DNA of 64,000 nucleotides from Christensenellales bacterium (GTDB taxonomy: Bacteria; Bacillota; Clostridia; Christensenellales; UBA1431), in assembly GCA_040772545.1 (NCBI GenBank), contig JAXGXY010000007.1:1365-65364 (forward strand), given 5' to 3'. Of this stretch, positions 28,424 to 37,892 are shown in pieces (position 1 is the first letter of the stretch; every line of letters starts with the position of its first letter). A program made the position numbers and the translations under genes. The notes beneath the pieces are model-generated. The model was given only the letters and a program-made list of their open reading frames with translations, ran no database searches and was not told the origin of the DNA.

Positions 28424-30886
28424 CTATATGAACAACGTGGTGTCCGAAAGCTCCGCGGCCCCCAGGAACGTGGCCACCCCGCCGACTTCCACGCCGTCGA
28501 TGAGCTCTTCGCGCGATATGCCCATCACGTCCATCGACATCTGGCAGGCCACCAGACGCACGCCGTTTTCCATGGCGGTTTTCATGAGGCCCTCGAGCGA
28601 CTGCACGTTCTTCCCCTTCATGACGCGGCGGATCATTTTCGCGCCCATGCCGGCCATGTTCATGCGCGAGAGCCCGAGCTTCCCGCTGCCCCTTGGCATC
28701 ATCGCGCCGAACATCCGCTGGACAAAGGGTTTTTTCACCCTTACCCTTGCGGCCCTGCGCAGGATGTTGAGCCCCCAGAACGTGAAGAACATCGTGACGC
28801 TGCGCCCCATGGCCGCGGCGCCGTTTGCGATGATGAACGACGCGATCGCCCTGTCGAGGTCGCCGCTGAAGACCACCATCGTCTTGTCGTTTTGCGCCGG
28901 CGGGGCGGTTTCGCCCCCGCGCACCGCGCCCGCGCCCTTTCGGAGCGTGACGGTGTACACGCCCCTGTCCTGCGCGACGCTTTCGAGCACGTTGCCCGTG
29001 CGCTCGCTCCACACTTCGGCGTCGGAGGCGAAACCGGCGTCGGTGGCGGCGACCACCAGCCTTTCGCCTTCTTCTAGCTGTTTCATCGCCTCGGCGGTCC
29101 TTAGTATCGGCCCCGGGCAATGGAGGCCGGTGGCGTCCACGCTGACCTCTTTTTGGGGCGCGGCGGTATCCGCCGGCTTTGGCGGGCCGCCGCCCGCCGG
29201 TTGCCCGCTATTCTCTTTTTGCCCCTCGTCCGAAAGGGCCCGCCTGTCCCTTTTTACGATGTTGTAGGTCGTGTAGCCGCCGCTGAGATTGTAGGCGTCG
29301 AACCCGTGCTGCTCCAGCAGCCGCGCCGCGATGTACCCCCTGAGGCCGACCTTGCAGTAGACGTACACGGGCTTTGTGCTGTCGAGCTTTTCGAGGCTGT
29401 CGCGCAGCGCCGCCAGCGGGATGTTGACCGCGTCGCCGATCACGTTCATCACGTGTTCCTCCGGCGTCCCCACGTGGACGAACTGCGCCCCTTCCCCGGC
29501 CAGGGCGTCCACGTCGTGCCAGTGAACGGCCTTCACGTCGCCTTTCAGGATGTTCGCGGCCGTCATGCCCAGCATGTTCACCGGGTCCTTGGCCGAGGAG
29601 TAGGACGGCGCGTAGCAGAGTTCGAGCCGCTCCAGGTCGTAGACCGTGCCGCCCAGCCGCTGCGCCGTCGCGATCACGTCGATGCGTTTTTCCACGCCCT
29701 CGAAACCGGCCGCCTGCGCGCCGAGGATCCTGCCTTCCTTATCGAAGAGCAGCTTCATGTGGACGGGCTTCGCGCCGGGGTAGTAGCCCGCGTGGCTGCC
29801 CGGGTGCACGTAGGTCTTGTGGTAATCGACGCCCTGTGCTTTCAGCTGTTTCTCGTTCATGCCGGTGCAGGCCGCCGTCATGTCGAAGACCTTGACGACC
29901 GAACTCCCCTGCACAGATAGCGGGGCGGCGCTTCGCCCGGCGATGACCTCGGCCACGGCCCGGCCCTGCTTGTTCGCCGGACCGGCCAGCGGCACGACCG
30001 AAGGCGCCTGCGTCACGAAATGCTTCACCTGTATGGCGTCGCCGACCGCGTAGATGTCCGGGTCGGAGGTCGCAAACGCGTCGTCGACCAGTATGGCGCC
30101 GCCCGCGCCGAGTTCGAGCCCGGCGTCTTTGGCGAGGCCGCTCTCGGGCACGACGCCGATGCTGATCACGACCATGTCCGTATCGAGGCCGGTCCCGTCG
30201 GTGAGCGACACCCGAAGGCCCGATTCCGTCGGTTCGATCCCGTCTACGCCCGCGCCGAACCTGAGCCGCAGCCCGTTTTCGCGCATGTGGTTGTGCAGTA
30301 TGGCGGCCATTTCCCGGTCAAAAGGCGGCACGGCCTGGTCGAGGAATTCCGCGACCGTCACGTCCAGGCCGCGCGCTTTCAGGTTTTCCGCCATCTCCAC
30401 GCCGATGAACCCCGCGCCCACCACCACCGCGCGCCCGGGCGCGCGTTCTTGGATGTAGTCGCTGATGCGGTAGGTGTCGGGCACGGTCCTGAGCGTGAAC
30501 ACGCCGGGGTAGGCGAGCCATTGCCTGTTTGGCACCTTCGGCTCCGCCCCCGGCGAAAGGATGAGCTTGTCGTAGCCCTCGCGGTAGGTCTCCCCGCTCC
30601 TGTGGTCCTTCACGACGGCTTCCTTTTTCGCCCGGTCGATGGATACGACCTCGGACAGCGTGCGCACGTCCACGTTAAAAAAGCCGCGCATCTTCTCCTC
30701 GGACGTCACGATGAGCCGCGATTTGTCCTTGATCACGCCGCCGATGTAATACGGAAGGCCGCAGTTGGCGTAGGAAATGTATTCGCCTTTTTCGAAAAGG
30801 ACGATCTCGACGTCCTCGTCGAGCCTCCTCAGCCTCGCCGCGGCGGAGGCGCCGCCCGCGACGCCGCCGACTATCAGTACCTTCAT
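28424..30886 (-). CDS. CoA-disulfide/persulfide reductase fused to rhodanese, TusA/SirA and DsrE domains
   Basis: GGVAGGAS, SYANCGLPY, YYPGA, ELCYAP.YSSAKDP; rhodanese YCKVGLRG; TusA DATGLHCPGP; DsrE FFTFWGL..ACQMSMDVMG. Confidence 0.92.
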   Translation of the reverse strand: MKVLIVGGVAGGASAAARLRRLDEDVEIVLFEKGEYISYANCGLPYYIGGVIKDKSRLIVTSEEKMRGFFNVDVRTLSEVVSIDRAKKEAVVKDHRSGETYREGYDKLILSPGAEPKVPNRQWLAYPGVFTLRTVPDTYRISDYIQERAPGRAVVVGAGFIGVEMAENLKARGLDVTVAEFLDQAVPPFDREMAAILHNHMRENGLRLRFGAGVDGIEPTESGLRVSLTDGTGLDTDMVVISIGVVPESGLAKDAGLELGAGGAILVDDAFATSDPDIYAVGDAIQVKHFVTQAPSVVPLAGPANKQGRAVAEVIAGRSAAPLSVQGSSVVKVFDMTAACTGMNEKQLKAQGVDYHKTYVHPGSHAGYYPGAKPVHMKLLFDKEGRILGAQAAGFEGVEKRIDVIATAQRLGGTVYDLERLELCYAPSYSSAKDPVNMLGMTAANILKGDVKAVHWHDVDALAGEGAQFVHVGTPEEHVMNVIGDAVNIPLAALRDSLEKLDSTKPVYVYCKVGLRGYIAARLLEQHGFDAYNLSGGYTTYNIVKRDRRALSDEGQKENSGQPAGGGPPKPADTAAPQKEVSVDATGLHCPGPILRTAEAMKQLEEGERLVVAATDAGFASDAEVWSERTGNVLESVAQDRGVYTVTLRKGAGAVRGGETAPPAQNDKTMVVFSGDLDRAIASFIIANGAAAMGRSVTMFFTFWGLNILRRAARVRVKKPFVQRMFGAMMPRGSGKLGLSRMNMAGMGAKMIRRVMKGKNVQSLEGLMKTAMENGVRLVACQMSMDVMGISREELIDGVEVGGVATFLGAAELSDTTLFI

Positions 30887-31061
30887 TGCTTTTCACCCCG
30901 CTTGTCTTTGTGAATATGATACGGCAAATTGCGGGGATGCTTCGGTAACAAAGTCACATTGGCGTTTTATTTCACAATGTTTTTTTTTGCGGATCGGTGA
31001 AACGGCCGAAGGGACCCTTTAAAAGGTTTGCCGATGCTTTATACAATTATCCCGGGCTCTG

Positions 31062-31724
31062 TCATAAGAGGTCCTCCAGCGCGCCCCGGTCGGCGATGGT
31101 GACGCGCTTCCTCCCCATCTCCAGCCAGCCCTGGTGGCGCATCTCCCCCAGCATACGCGAGACGACCTCGCGCGCCGTCCCCAGCTCGGCGGCGATCTGC
31201 TCGTGCGTGACGCGCAGCGTCGCGCTCCCCACCTGCGCCGCGCGCTCGAGCAGCCATGCGGCCAGGCGCCTGTCCACCCGCTCGAACGTCACGCTCTCGA
31301 GCACCTGAAGCGATTCGGCCAGGCGCCTGTACAGCGTCATGATGACGAAGTCCTTCCACGGCAAGTGGCCCTCCAGCGTCCGCTGGTAGACGCCGCCCGG
31401 TATGAGGAACATCTCGGCGTCCTCCTCCACCTGCGCGATGGCCGGGAAGTCCTCGCCGGTGAGCTTACAGGCCACCGAGACGAGGCAGGTGTCTCCGGCT
31501 TCGGCGCGGTAGAGCGTCATCTCCCGCCCGCCGGGCGAGAGCTTGTACACGCGCAGCACCCCCGAGAGGACGAGCGGCACGTGCGGGCAGGTCTCGCCCC
31601 TGCGCATGAGGATGGCCCCGGCCTCGCGCCTGACCAGGCTCCCTTCGCCTATCAGCGCTTTCAGCGCCTTTTCCCCGAGCGTTTGAAGCACGGGGAAAAG
31701 CTTGGTCAGCGATGCCGCGTCCAT
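31062..31724 (-). CDS. Crp/Fnr family transcriptional regulator
   Basis: LSG.LRVYK...GREMTLY, HEQIAAELGTAREVVSRML; GGAGG RBS. Confidence 0.92.
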   Translation of the reverse strand: MDAASLTKLFPVLQTLGEKALKALIGEGSLVRREAGAILMRRGETCPHVPLVLSGVLRVYKLSPGGREMTLYRAEAGDTCLVSVACKLTGEDFPAIAQVEEDAEMFLIPGGVYQRTLEGHLPWKDFVIMTLYRRLAESLQVLESVTFERVDRRLAAWLLERAAQVGSATLRVTHEQIAAELGTAREVVSRMLGEMRHQGWLEMGRKRVTIADRGALEDLL

Positions 31725-31743
31725 GGCTTTCCTCCTCCTTTCT

Positions 31744-32424
31744 TCATCCGCCGGCCGCCAGCAGCGTTTCCAGGCTTTCGACCAAGAGGTCCGCAACGGC
31801 TTTGCACGCCTGCGCCTCCGCCTTCCTCTCCGGCGGACAGAGGGCGCAGACCGCCATCCCCGCCGCTTTCGCCGATTTCATGGCGTAGAGGCTGTCCTCG
31901 AACACGACGCAGGATTCCGGCGGCACGTCCAGCAGGCGGGCGGCGTGCAGGAAGAGTTCCGGCCCGTCCTTATGAAGGCCCGCTTCGTCCTCGGTGACGA
32001 TTGCCTCAAACGCCCCGGCGATGCCGGTCCTTTTCAGCGCGGCCCCGGCGAGCGCGGCGTCCGACGCCGTGACCACGGCGAGGCGCAGCCCTTTTCCCAG
32101 AAGACGGCCGACGAGCGCGCCGGCGCCCGGCATCAGCGCGACCTCGTTTGCGTAGGCGGGCAACGCCTTTTCGACCCAGCCGGCGACGATTTTTTCGGGC
32201 GTCGTTTGGAGCCCGAAACGCTTAACGAGGTAGCAGGCGCTCTGCATGAAGCCCATCCCCCGGATGTCCCGCACCGCCTGCCGGTCCACCGGAACGTCGT
32301 TCTCGGCGAAGAAATCAAGGCCCACCCTGTGCCAGACCCATAACGAATCGAGCAGCACGCCGTCCATGTCGAAAAGCGCCGCGCGCTTCCCCCCGATCAC
32401 CGGGCCCAACCCGTTGTTTCCCAT
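31744..32424 (-). CDS. HAD family phosphatase
   Basis: FDMDGVLLDS; CVVFEDS..A..SAKAAGM. Confidence 0.9.
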   Translation of the reverse strand: MGNNGLGPVIGGKRAALFDMDGVLLDSLWVWHRVGLDFFAENDVPVDRQAVRDIRGMGFMQSACYLVKRFGLQTTPEKIVAGWVEKALPAYANEVALMPGAGALVGRLLGKGLRLAVVTASDAALAGAALKRTGIAGAFEAIVTEDEAGLHKDGPELFLHAARLLDVPPESCVVFEDSLYAMKSAKAAGMAVCALCPPERKAEAQACKAVADLLVESLETLLAAGG

Positions 32425-32565
32425 GTTTTCCCCCAGTTTTCCCGGCGTTTTTATACCCGAACGCCCCTTTTTTTGTCTATTATATAAGGCCGGCGCCTTC
32501 CCGTCCACCGGCGGCTCAGACGCGGGCCACAAACAAACGGGCGTTTCCGGCTGATCCGCGCGCAG

Positions 32566-32593
32566 AAAAAAACGGCGCTTAAAGCGCCGTTTT
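32566..32593. terminator. Terminator of the fliF-fliY block
   Basis: aaaaaaacggcgc-ttaaa-gcgccgtttt. Confidence 0.8.
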
Positions 32594-32623
32594 AACCGGG
32601 AAACGAAGCCATGCCTCTAAAGA

Positions 32624-33751
32624 TCAATACGAATTCACCCTTCGTTCTGGAGAGAGGATGTCGGTGATGCGCACGCCGTAGTTCTCGTCCACCACCACGA
32701 TCTCGCCCTGCGCGATGAGTTTTCCGTTCACCTTCACGTCCACCAGGTCGTCGGCCATGCGGTCGAGTTCGATGATCGAACCGATGTTGAAAGCCAGTAT
32801 CTCCCTGATGCTCATGCGGACCCTGCCGAGTTCCACGGACACCTGAAGCGGCATGTCGATGATCAGCCCGATATTGTCGGGCGTGCCCTTCCGGTACTGT
32901 TCCGGCTGCTTTTCGAAAGACTGGTACATGACGTTCTGTACGGTTTTTTGCTGTTCCTTCGCCTTCATGCTGCGTATCTCCCCCATGCTTTTCGACGGTT
33001 TTTGCGGCTCCACCGCCGCCTCTTGTATGTTTGAAGCCTCGTTAGGACCGGGCTCTTTTGCCTGGGGCCGGCCGTCTTCGACCGCGGCTTCCTCTCCCTC
33101 CTTCGGTCCGAGCACGGCCTCGAGCGAACGCAGCGTGTCGCGGTGCATAAGCTCGACGATCCTGAACTGCATCGCGCCTTCCACGGCGATTTCGAGGTGC
33201 ACCGCCGCCATCGGCTCGGGGTCGCCCACCCACCGGAGCATTCCCGGGCTTTCGGGCGAGAACGGGACCAGTTCGCCCGTGACGGTCTCGATCTCCGTCC
33301 CCGTCATACCGGAAAGGACCATGTCCTGCACGGCAAACACGCCTTTGAGCGCTGCTGCAAGCGGCCCGCCATCCTCCGCTTTTGCACCGTCCCCGCCCGC
33401 GGCCTCGATGATCCCCTTAAGCAGCGGCGCGTCCTGCTCCTTTAACAAGAGCAGCGCCCCTCCTTCAAGCCCGGACGTATAGGTCCCCTCCATCAGCAGC
33501 ATCGTTTCCTGGTACTCGGCGACCACGTTCGCGAGGGTCTCCATGCCCGTGCGTTCCGCGGTCGCGGACACGGGCATCTTGAACGAGGCCTGCAGGGCCT
33601 CCCCCGCAGCCTCCGCCATCCGGGCGCCTATGTCAAAGAGGACATCCGGCCCGCCGTGACCGCCTGCGTCCCGGGACGGCTCCGCCGGCGCGGCGTTCTC
33701 CGTTCCTGCATGCAGCATCCTGTCTATTTCATCCTGCGAAAGATTACTCAT
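32624..33751 (-). CDS. fliY: Flagellar switch protein FliY/FliN
   Basis: N-terminal LSQDEID, CheC-like middle domain, C-terminal SpoA domain (VSVELGR...GEIVVVDENYGVRIT). Confidence 0.88.
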   Translation of the reverse strand: MSNLSQDEIDRMLHAGTENAAPAEPSRDAGGHGGPDVLFDIGARMAEAAGEALQASFKMPVSATAERTGMETLANVVAEYQETMLLMEGTYTSGLEGGALLLLKEQDAPLLKGIIEAAGGDGAKAEDGGPLAAALKGVFAVQDMVLSGMTGTEIETVTGELVPFSPESPGMLRWVGDPEPMAAVHLEIAVEGAMQFRIVELMHRDTLRSLEAVLGPKEGEEAAVEDGRPQAKEPGPNEASNIQEAAVEPQKPSKSMGEIRSMKAKEQQKTVQNVMYQSFEKQPEQYRKGTPDNIGLIIDMPLQVSVELGRVRMSIREILAFNIGSIIELDRMADDLVDVKVNGKLIAQGEIVVVDENYGVRITDILSPERRVNSY

Positions 33752-34739
33752 GCTCGCGCTCCTCCTTAATGATATCGGTCACGCGCACGGCGAAACGCCC
33801 GCCGCCCACCATCCCGACCTTTCCCTTGAACTTCGGGATGTGTTCAGCCATAACCGTAATATCCCTGTTGACGCCGTGGTTCAGGCACACGACGTCGCCT
33901 ACCTGCAGGTTGATGAGATCGTTGACGGAGGCCACCGTCTCGTCCAGCACCGCGTGCAGCGTCACTTCCGTGTTGGCCAGCCGCTGCGTGATGGTCCCCT
34001 CGTGCGACTCGTACTTCCTGCGCATGTGCCCCTCGAAGCGGACCTTCGAATTGAGTTCCTTGGCCACCGGCTCCATTGCCATGTGCGGGATGCAGATGTT
34101 TATAAGGTCGACCATTTCCCTTATGATCACCTTGATGGTGATGATCGCGACGGTCTCGTTGGGAGGAACGATCTGCGCGAACTGGGGGCTGGTCTCCAGG
34201 CGGTCCAGCGACGGCTCGGCGTGCATGATCTTTTCCCAGGCTTCGGAGAGGAGCCTAAGCACCTGGCGGAGCAGCCTTTCTACGGTCACCAGTTCGATCT
34301 CGGTGAACGCTTTGTTCCTTTCGGTGCTTATCGCCTTGCCCCCGAACACGCGGCTGATAATCGCGTCGACGATGCCGGACGGAACCTGCATCATCAACTG
34401 GCCGTAAAGCGGCTCGAAGTTGAAGATCGCGAGGATCACCGGCGAGATGAGCGAATTGTTGAATTCGCTGAAAGCCTGCTCCTCCACCGAAACGACCTCG
34501 GCCTCGCAAACGGTGCGCATCACGCCCGAGAGATGCGTGGCCATCGAACGCGCGAACCCCTCGAACACGACGCGAAGCGTGCGCATCTGTTCCTTGGGGA
34601 ACTTGTTCGCCATCCTGAAATCGAAGTCCCTGACGCGCCCCTTCTTCTCGTCCTCCTTGGACAGAGCGAGCGAAGACTGGTCGCCGGTCAGGGTATTGAG
34701 GAGCTCGTCAATCTCGTTTTGCGATAAGATCTGTGACAA
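33744..34739 (-). CDS. fliM: Flagellar motor switch protein FliM
   Basis: LSQNEIDELL, FDFR..KF.KEQMRTL, PQFAQIV. Confidence 0.95.
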   Translation of the reverse strand: MSQILSQNEIDELLNTLTGDQSSLALSKEDEKKGRVRDFDFRMANKFPKEQMRTLRVVFEGFARSMATHLSGVMRTVCEAEVVSVEEQAFSEFNNSLISPVILAIFNFEPLYGQLMMQVPSGIVDAIISRVFGGKAISTERNKAFTEIELVTVERLLRQVLRLLSEAWEKIMHAEPSLDRLETSPQFAQIVPPNETVAIITIKVIIREMVDLINICIPHMAMEPVAKELNSKVRFEGHMRRKYESHEGTITQRLANTEVTLHAVLDETVASVNDLINLQVGDVVCLNHGVNRDITVMAEHIPKFKGKVGMVGGGRFAVRVTDIIKEEREHE

Positions 34740-34773
34740 CGTTCATCCCCCTGCTTTTCAAAATTGTCGGGCC

Positions 34774-35184
34774 TCACTGAAGGACGAGGTCGTTGAAATA
34801 GAGGGTGACAAGATAGTTCATGTCGAGCTTCGCCCTGATGTTGTTAACGATCTCGACGCGGAGCTTGTCCTGGATGTCCATGCTCCGAAGCTCGTCTTCC
34901 GTTTTTTCCCTCAGTGTCGATATGATGATGTCCCTGATGATCTGTTTGTGTTCGTCCATGTATTCCGTTTTGTTCGGATCGTCCACGGCAAGCACGATGG
35001 TCGTTTTAAGTAAGCGCGTGCTGTCCTTTATGTTCGTGACGAAATAATCCCCGGGCTCATAGGAATACATCTGTTTTTCCTGGGCTTCCGCCGGCTGCTG
35101 CGGGTTCAGAAGGAATATGTAGGCCGCGACGCCCGCGACGAGCACCAAAACAACCGTTATGATTATTTTCACCAGTTTGCTCAT
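34774..35184 (-). CDS. fliL: Flagellar basal body protein FliL
   Basis: N-terminal TM, FVTNI, IRDIII, YFNDLVLQ. Confidence 0.9.
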   Translation of the reverse strand: MSKLVKIIITVVLVLVAGVAAYIFLLNPQQPAEAQEKQMYSYEPGDYFVTNIKDSTRLLKTTIVLAVDDPNKTEYMDEHKQIIRDIIISTLREKTEDELRSMDIQDKLRVEIVNNIRAKLDMNYLVTLYFNDLVLQ

Positions 35185-35223
35185 GATGTGAACCACCTTT
35201 TTCACGTATCTTGAAAAAATATG

Positions 35224-35949
35224 TTATTTCCTTACGATGACGAAATCGACACGCCGGTTTTTCGCTTTCCCCTCTTCCGTCTTGTTGCTGGCGATGGGGT
35301 GCTGCTCACCATAGGCGGTATAGCTCAGTTTGTCCTGATTCACCATCTCGTTGTCCTTTAAGAAGCAGAGCACGGTGTAGGCGCGGGCTGAGGAAAGCTG
35401 CCAGTTGTCCGCATAGAGGCTGTTGCTTATCGGCCGGTTGTCCGTATGCCCTTCGATGCGCACTATGCCTATGCTGTCCTGGGCTTCTTTCAACAGCCCC
35501 CCGATATGGTGCATCAGCGGCACCGCGGACTCGACGAGCCTCGCGCTCCCCGACGCAAAGAGTATGCTGTCGCTCAGCCGCATCAATATCTCCCCATCTT
35601 TCATTTCAACAGAGAGTTTGGTGGATAATCCGTTCTCCTCGATGTGCTTCTTGATTTTTTCATATAATTCCTTAAACTGCTCCTTCGTTCTTTCCTCCAC
35701 CCTCTGTTTTGTGCCCGCGTCGTTCACGACGCTGACCTCGGATTCCTGCGCCGTGTCCAGCGTGGAGGTGACCTCTACGGGCGAACCGGTGAAGGCATCG
35801 ACCAGCGCCTTCCATCTTTCAGCGTCTACATTGGAAAAAGAGAAAAGCAGGACAAAAAAAGTGAGCAGCAGCGTCACCATGTCCCCGTATGTGTCCATCC
35901 ATGAGCTGCCGCCCTCTTTCTCAGGAGGTGGCTTGCGTCGCACCGACAT
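35224..35949 (-). CDS. motB: Stator B subunit (OmpA-like PG-binding domain)
   Basis: WMDTYGDMVTLLLTFFVLL, EGHTDN, NWQLS..RA, NRRV. Confidence 0.93.
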   Translation of the reverse strand: MSVRRKPPPEKEGGSSWMDTYGDMVTLLLTFFVLLFSFSNVDAERWKALVDAFTGSPVEVTSTLDTAQESEVSVVNDAGTKQRVEERTKEQFKELYEKIKKHIEENGLSTKLSVEMKDGEILMRLSDSILFASGSARLVESAVPLMHHIGGLLKEAQDSIGIVRIEGHTDNRPISNSLYADNWQLSSARAYTVLCFLKDNEMVNQDKLSYTAYGEQHPIASNKTEEGKAKNRRVDFVIVRK

Positions 35950-36741
35950 CTACTCCGTCTCCTTGACCTCTTCGGTTTGCTCTTCCTTGGGGCGCATTTC
36001 GCCGGGCGTAAGGAACGCCGAAAGCTTGTCCCTGATGATCCTCGGGTTTTCGCCGTCCTGAATGGACAGCAGGCCCTCGAGGAACATCTGCTTCTGGTAA
36101 TATTCCTTGGCGCTCCTGGTCTTGAGCTTTTTCGCTATCGGCATGAAGACCAGGTTGGCCAGCATGACCCCGTAAAAAGTCGTGACCAGCGCGACGGCCA
36201 TGTTCGGCCCCAGCACATCCGTGTCGGTCAGGTTCTTGAGCATGTTTATCAGCCCGATCAGCGTACCGATCATGCCGTACGCCGGGGAAAACGCCGCCAT
36301 GGTTTCCAGCATGGCCCGTCCCTGGCTGTGTCTCTCCTGCAGGAAATCCAGTTCGGCTTCCATGATCGACTTGATCAGTTCCGGGTCACAGCCGTCGACC
36401 AGGAGCCTGCCGCCCTTTTTCAGGAAATCGTTGTCGATCTGGTCGACCGCGTCCTCCAGGGCGAGCAGGCCCTCTCGCCGCGCTTTCTGCGCAAGGTCTA
36501 TTATCAATTCTATATCTCTATTTAAATCAATATCGTTCTTCTTAAACGCTTTTCCTATTACCTTTATGAGATTCTTGATTTGCGAAACGGGAAAAGAGAT
36601 CACCGTCGAGGCGAAGGTGCCTCCGAACACGATCATGATGGAAGGGAGGTCTATAAAGTTGCTAACGCTCCCGCTAAGCGTGATCCCGACTACGATCAGT
36701 CCGATCCCGGCAGCGATTCCGCTTAAGGTTGTAATCTCCAT
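35950..36741 (-). CDS. motA: Stator A subunit
   Basis: ARREGLLALE, PAYGMIGTLIGL, AVALVTTFYG, GENPR. Confidence 0.95.
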   Translation of the reverse strand: MEITTLSGIAAGIGLIVVGITLSGSVSNFIDLPSIMIVFGGTFASTVISFPVSQIKNLIKVIGKAFKKNDIDLNRDIELIIDLAQKARREGLLALEDAVDQIDNDFLKKGGRLLVDGCDPELIKSIMEAELDFLQERHSQGRAMLETMAAFSPAYGMIGTLIGLINMLKNLTDTDVLGPNMAVALVTTFYGVMLANLVFMPIAKKLKTRSAKEYYQKQMFLEGLLSIQDGENPRIIRDKLSAFLTPGEMRPKEEQTEEVKETE

Positions 36742-36751
36742 TGCCCCGTCC

Positions 36752-36961
36752 TCACTTGATTGATAGTAGGCGTGGCCCCTGTCTCAGATACCTGCGCCTG
36801 AATACGACGATCTTTCTTTCGATGTCCTTTGCGCTCTCGGCGACGACTACCTTCCTGCCCGATGCCAGAGACACGACCGTATCCGGTGTTTCCTCCAGGA
36901 ACTCGATCGCATCCGGATTGATATAGAACCTCTCGCCGTTGATCCGTGTGACCTGGATCAT
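36752..36961 (-). CDS. flbD: Flagellar FlbD/SwrD family protein
   Basis: MIQVTRING...NPD.IE..EETPDTV. Confidence 0.9.
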   Translation of the reverse strand: MIQVTRINGERFYINPDAIEFLEETPDTVVSLASGRKVVVAESAKDIERKIVVFRRRYLRQGPRLLSIK

Positions 36962-37012
36962 TTCCTCCCACCCTCCCGATTTCTCGCCAGACGGCTAATG
37001 CTTAACGCCGTG

Positions 37013-37855
37013 CTAACGCTTCATGTTCACGAGCTCTTCGAGGATCTGGTCCGTCGTCGTGATGATGCGCGAACAGGCCTGGAATCCTCTCTGCGTGACG
37101 ATCATCTCCGTAAACTCCTGCGCGAGGTCCACGTTGGACATCTCCAGCGCGTTCACGCTCAAAAGGCCCGCGCCCGACTGCCCCGGGTTCGCGTAGGTCG
37201 CCGTGCCCGAGTTCGCGCCGGCCACGTACAGCGACCCTCCGACCTTGTCCAGGCCGCTGGAGTTGGAAAACGTCGCGAGCTGCAACTGGCCGATCTGTAC
37301 CTTTTCGTTGGTGCTCACGTCCAGCCCCCAGATCGCGCCGTTCTGGTCGACGGCTATGTCGTAATAGGCGTTGCTGAGCCGTATGTTGCCCATCGTGCCG
37401 TAGTCGATGGACGGGGGGATGGTCGGCGGGTCCGCCAGGGAGTATCCCTGCACGAAGTACCCTTCCGCGTTGACCAGGTTGTATTCGTCGTCCAGTGCGA
37501 AGTTGCCCGCGCGCGTGAAATACTCCGATCCGCCGGCTGAGACGATGAAGTACCCGTCCCCCTCAATAGAGAGGTCGAGCGGCGCGCCGGTGTACTGTGT
37601 GGCGCCGCGCGTGTGCAGCACGTCGATGGCCGACAGGGACGATCCCAGCCCGACCTGGCTCGAGTTTTCGCCGCCTATGGCCGCGCCGTTGGCCCCGGAC
37701 CCGGAGCCGATCGTCTGGCTGTAGAGGTCCTGGAAGACGACGCGGCTGCTCTTGAATCCCACCGTGTTCACGTTCGCGATGTTGTTGCCGATAACGTCCA
37801 ACCGGGTCTGATGGTTTTTCAGCCCGGATACTCCCGAATACAATGCGCGCATCAT
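37013..37855 (-). CDS. flgE: Flagellar hook protein
   Basis: SGVSGL..HQ..LDVIGNNIANVNT.GFK, LEMSNVDLAQEFTEMIVTQRGFQ; directly follows flgD. Confidence 0.92.
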   Translation of the reverse strand: MMRALYSGVSGLKNHQTRLDVIGNNIANVNTVGFKSSRVVFQDLYSQTIGSGSGANGAAIGGENSSQVGLGSSLSAIDVLHTRGATQYTGAPLDLSIEGDGYFIVSAGGSEYFTRAGNFALDDEYNLVNAEGYFVQGYSLADPPTIPPSIDYGTMGNIRLSNAYYDIAVDQNGAIWGLDVSTNEKVQIGQLQLATFSNSSGLDKVGGSLYVAGANSGTATYANPGQSGAGLLSVNALEMSNVDLAQEFTEMIVTQRGFQACSRIITTTDQILEELVNMKR

Positions 37856-37892
37856 AATGCACTTACCTCCTCGATATGAATGGTCTTTTCGT

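Noticed and set aside
37013-37855. Truncated hook protein (280 aa)
   Set aside because: Short FlgE lacking outer domains is normal in Firmicutes, and both termini are intact.
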